DNA from: Utricularia gibba
Taxonomy: Eukaryota > Plantae > Magnoliophyta
Reading direction: 5' to 3'
Assembly (NCBI GenBank): GCA_002189035.1
Contig: NEEC01000016.1
Span: 1,364,001 to 1,428,000, forward strand
Length of the DNA stretch: 64,000 nucleotides
The notes below the pieces were generated by a model. That model did no database searches, had not been told where the DNA came from, and saw nothing but the letters and a program-made list of their open reading frames with translations. Shown here piece after piece: positions 62,401 through 64,000 of the stretch (the first letter of the stretch is position 1; the number at the start of each line of letters is the position of its first letter). The translations under genes and the position numbers were made by a program.

Positions 62401-63799
62401 ATCTTATGATCTAAAATATAGTGTATATGATCATACTAAAAATACTCATATTTGTTGAAATCTTGTAACCCTACATATTTTTAACAATTAATTGTATAAA
62501 TTTTTATGTTAATTTGTTAATATGACACTCTAATTTATATAAATTAACAATTCACATTTAAAAAAATTGGATACTTAGAAAGAAACTCATTCAAATCTAT
62601 CCTCAATAGAATGAATTTCTTGTTACCATATTATGAAAGATAATGAAATCGGAAGCCATACTTCAGAATGAAAAAGAATTAGAAGTGATTCTTCAATACC
62701 ATAAGTTCAAAAGCTTGATAAGTAAAGAGTGTTCAAGCATTCAAAAAAGTAAATTTCTCATAAGACTCATGAAATAAGCTAAAAATTCTTCAAAAAATGC
62801 AATATTCTCAACATTATTCAAATGTTTATCACCATTTTATTGCAGTTCATCACTTGCCATTAAGGAGTTGTTTAAATCAAGAAGTAATCATTTTAATTTT
62901 CAAATTTGAGTATACAGTAGATAATCTATATGTTACTTTATAAGTATAGAGTAGAATCTATTTGGTAATTTTTCATATATCTATTTGTTTGATTGGGTTC
63001 AGTCCGAATGTAGAATATACATGGAAATATTTATTTATCGACATACAATATAATATTGATAAGCATTATTTTTCTTAATTTTGAATGCTCGTTAAGTAAC
63101 ACAAATGTGATATAGTGTAACTGAATCAATAAGACTATGATTATCTTTAAAATGCATCACAACATATAAATTTATTTAGTTTTTATTATAATAATCAAGT
63201 GAAATAGTTATATTAATGTCATTTGTCCACATAAATGATTCAACATTTGGACAAGTTTGAGTTACATAAATTTTATTATTCATCGATTCTTCTTAATATT
63301 TTAATATTTCATTGAATTTGATTATTTCTTCTTTATTAATACTAACTTCTTTATCAATATATATATTAATAGAGATATTTATATTATTTTAATCCAAATA
63401 TTAAAATTAGAGGAATTAGATGTGTACTTGAATCCGACTTGTGCAATTTAAGTCAGATAAGTCTAACCTACCATAAGTTGATATTTTACTCGATTCGTGT
63501 ATGTATCAGCAAACCTAATGCAAACTCAAAAGTATTAGCTCCAAAAGATTTCAAGCAGTTGCAAGTCAAATAATTCTAACAATCAATTTAAAAGAATATG
63601 AATACACAAAATCAAATTTTTTAAGTTTTTCTTCCTCCTTCATCCTAACTTGGGATTGACAATAATTATCAATTATGAAGTTAAAAAAAGTTTTTAAGAA
63701 AAATAAAAAGGAAAAACTCTACATTATATTCTTAATTAACAATTTCTATCTTTTCACCCACGTCTTAATCATCCTTGTCACTTGTTAACAAGTTTTGTA

Positions 63800-63975
63800 A
63801 TTTGTTGTTAACTTGCGACCAATCGTTTAAGGATATATAAGTTTCCAAAGTTGTTGATGCCAAACATGATCTCTTTAAAATAATAATTCTTCCACTAACA
63901 ATGAAAGTACTTGCAAAGGCACTCGTCGAAACTAGAGGTGTGAGAATATTCTTGGCGAATTGAAGCTACATTTGT
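63800..63975 (-). mobile_element. Possible hAT transposase dimerisation-domain remnant
   Basis: Minus-strand AKNILTPLVSTSAFASTFIVSGRI resembles the hAT motif ARDILAIPVSTVASESAFSTGGRV. Degenerate and runs to the window edge. Confidence 0.45.
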
Positions 63976-64000
63976 TTTGTAAAATTAACAATAAATGTAT

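Noticed and set aside
59640-63700. Hidden genes in the long AT-rich tail
   Set aside because: Extremely AT-rich, no credible ORFs or splice-supported exons. The 71-aa ORF at 60356-60571 is low-complexity. At most unrecognisably decayed TE sequence.
1-64000. tRNA, rRNA or organellar insertions
   Set aside because: I saw no cloverleaf, rRNA or plastid/mitochondrial gene signature by eye. A tRNAscan-SE/Infernal run would be needed to exclude small RNAs such as intronic snoRNAs.

Overview
Eudicot plant nuclear DNA, probably an asterid: intron-containing genes sit in very AT-rich intergenic spacers. About 15 protein-coding genes are present. In order: the 3' end of an unidentified gene, a KDEL-type protein disulfide isomerase with an ER-stress promoter element, a CYP76B/geraniol 8-hydroxylase-like P450, a SKU5-similar oxidase, a reticulon, a DEK-C/SWIB protein, a LOB-domain factor, a patatin, a histidine phosphatase/PGM-like protein, a CDPK-related kinase, a B3 protein, red chlorophyll catabolite reductase, a conserved unknown protein, a two-RRM protein and an intronless MAPKKK. 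Two retroelement nests interrupt the block. At 8.8-17.1 kb a Tekay-type Ty3/gypsy element carries a solo LTR in its pol gene and appears to sit inside a copia-like solo LTR. At 22.7-27.2 kb a deleted CRM-type gypsy element lies beside or inside a decayed copia. I found no clearly new multi-gene system. The most notable observations are: a Pack-MULE-like element carrying a captured kelch-repeat exon just upstream of the MAPKKK; a patatin with an N-terminal signal peptide and an odd intron 3; a B3 gene broken by a local 20-bp copy event; atypical residues at two functionally defined RCCR positions; an orphan 111-nt symmetric exon upstream of RCCR; and three apparent single-G frameshifts that look like systematic assembly errors. 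All family and orthologue assignments come from motif recognition and recall, not from database searches.
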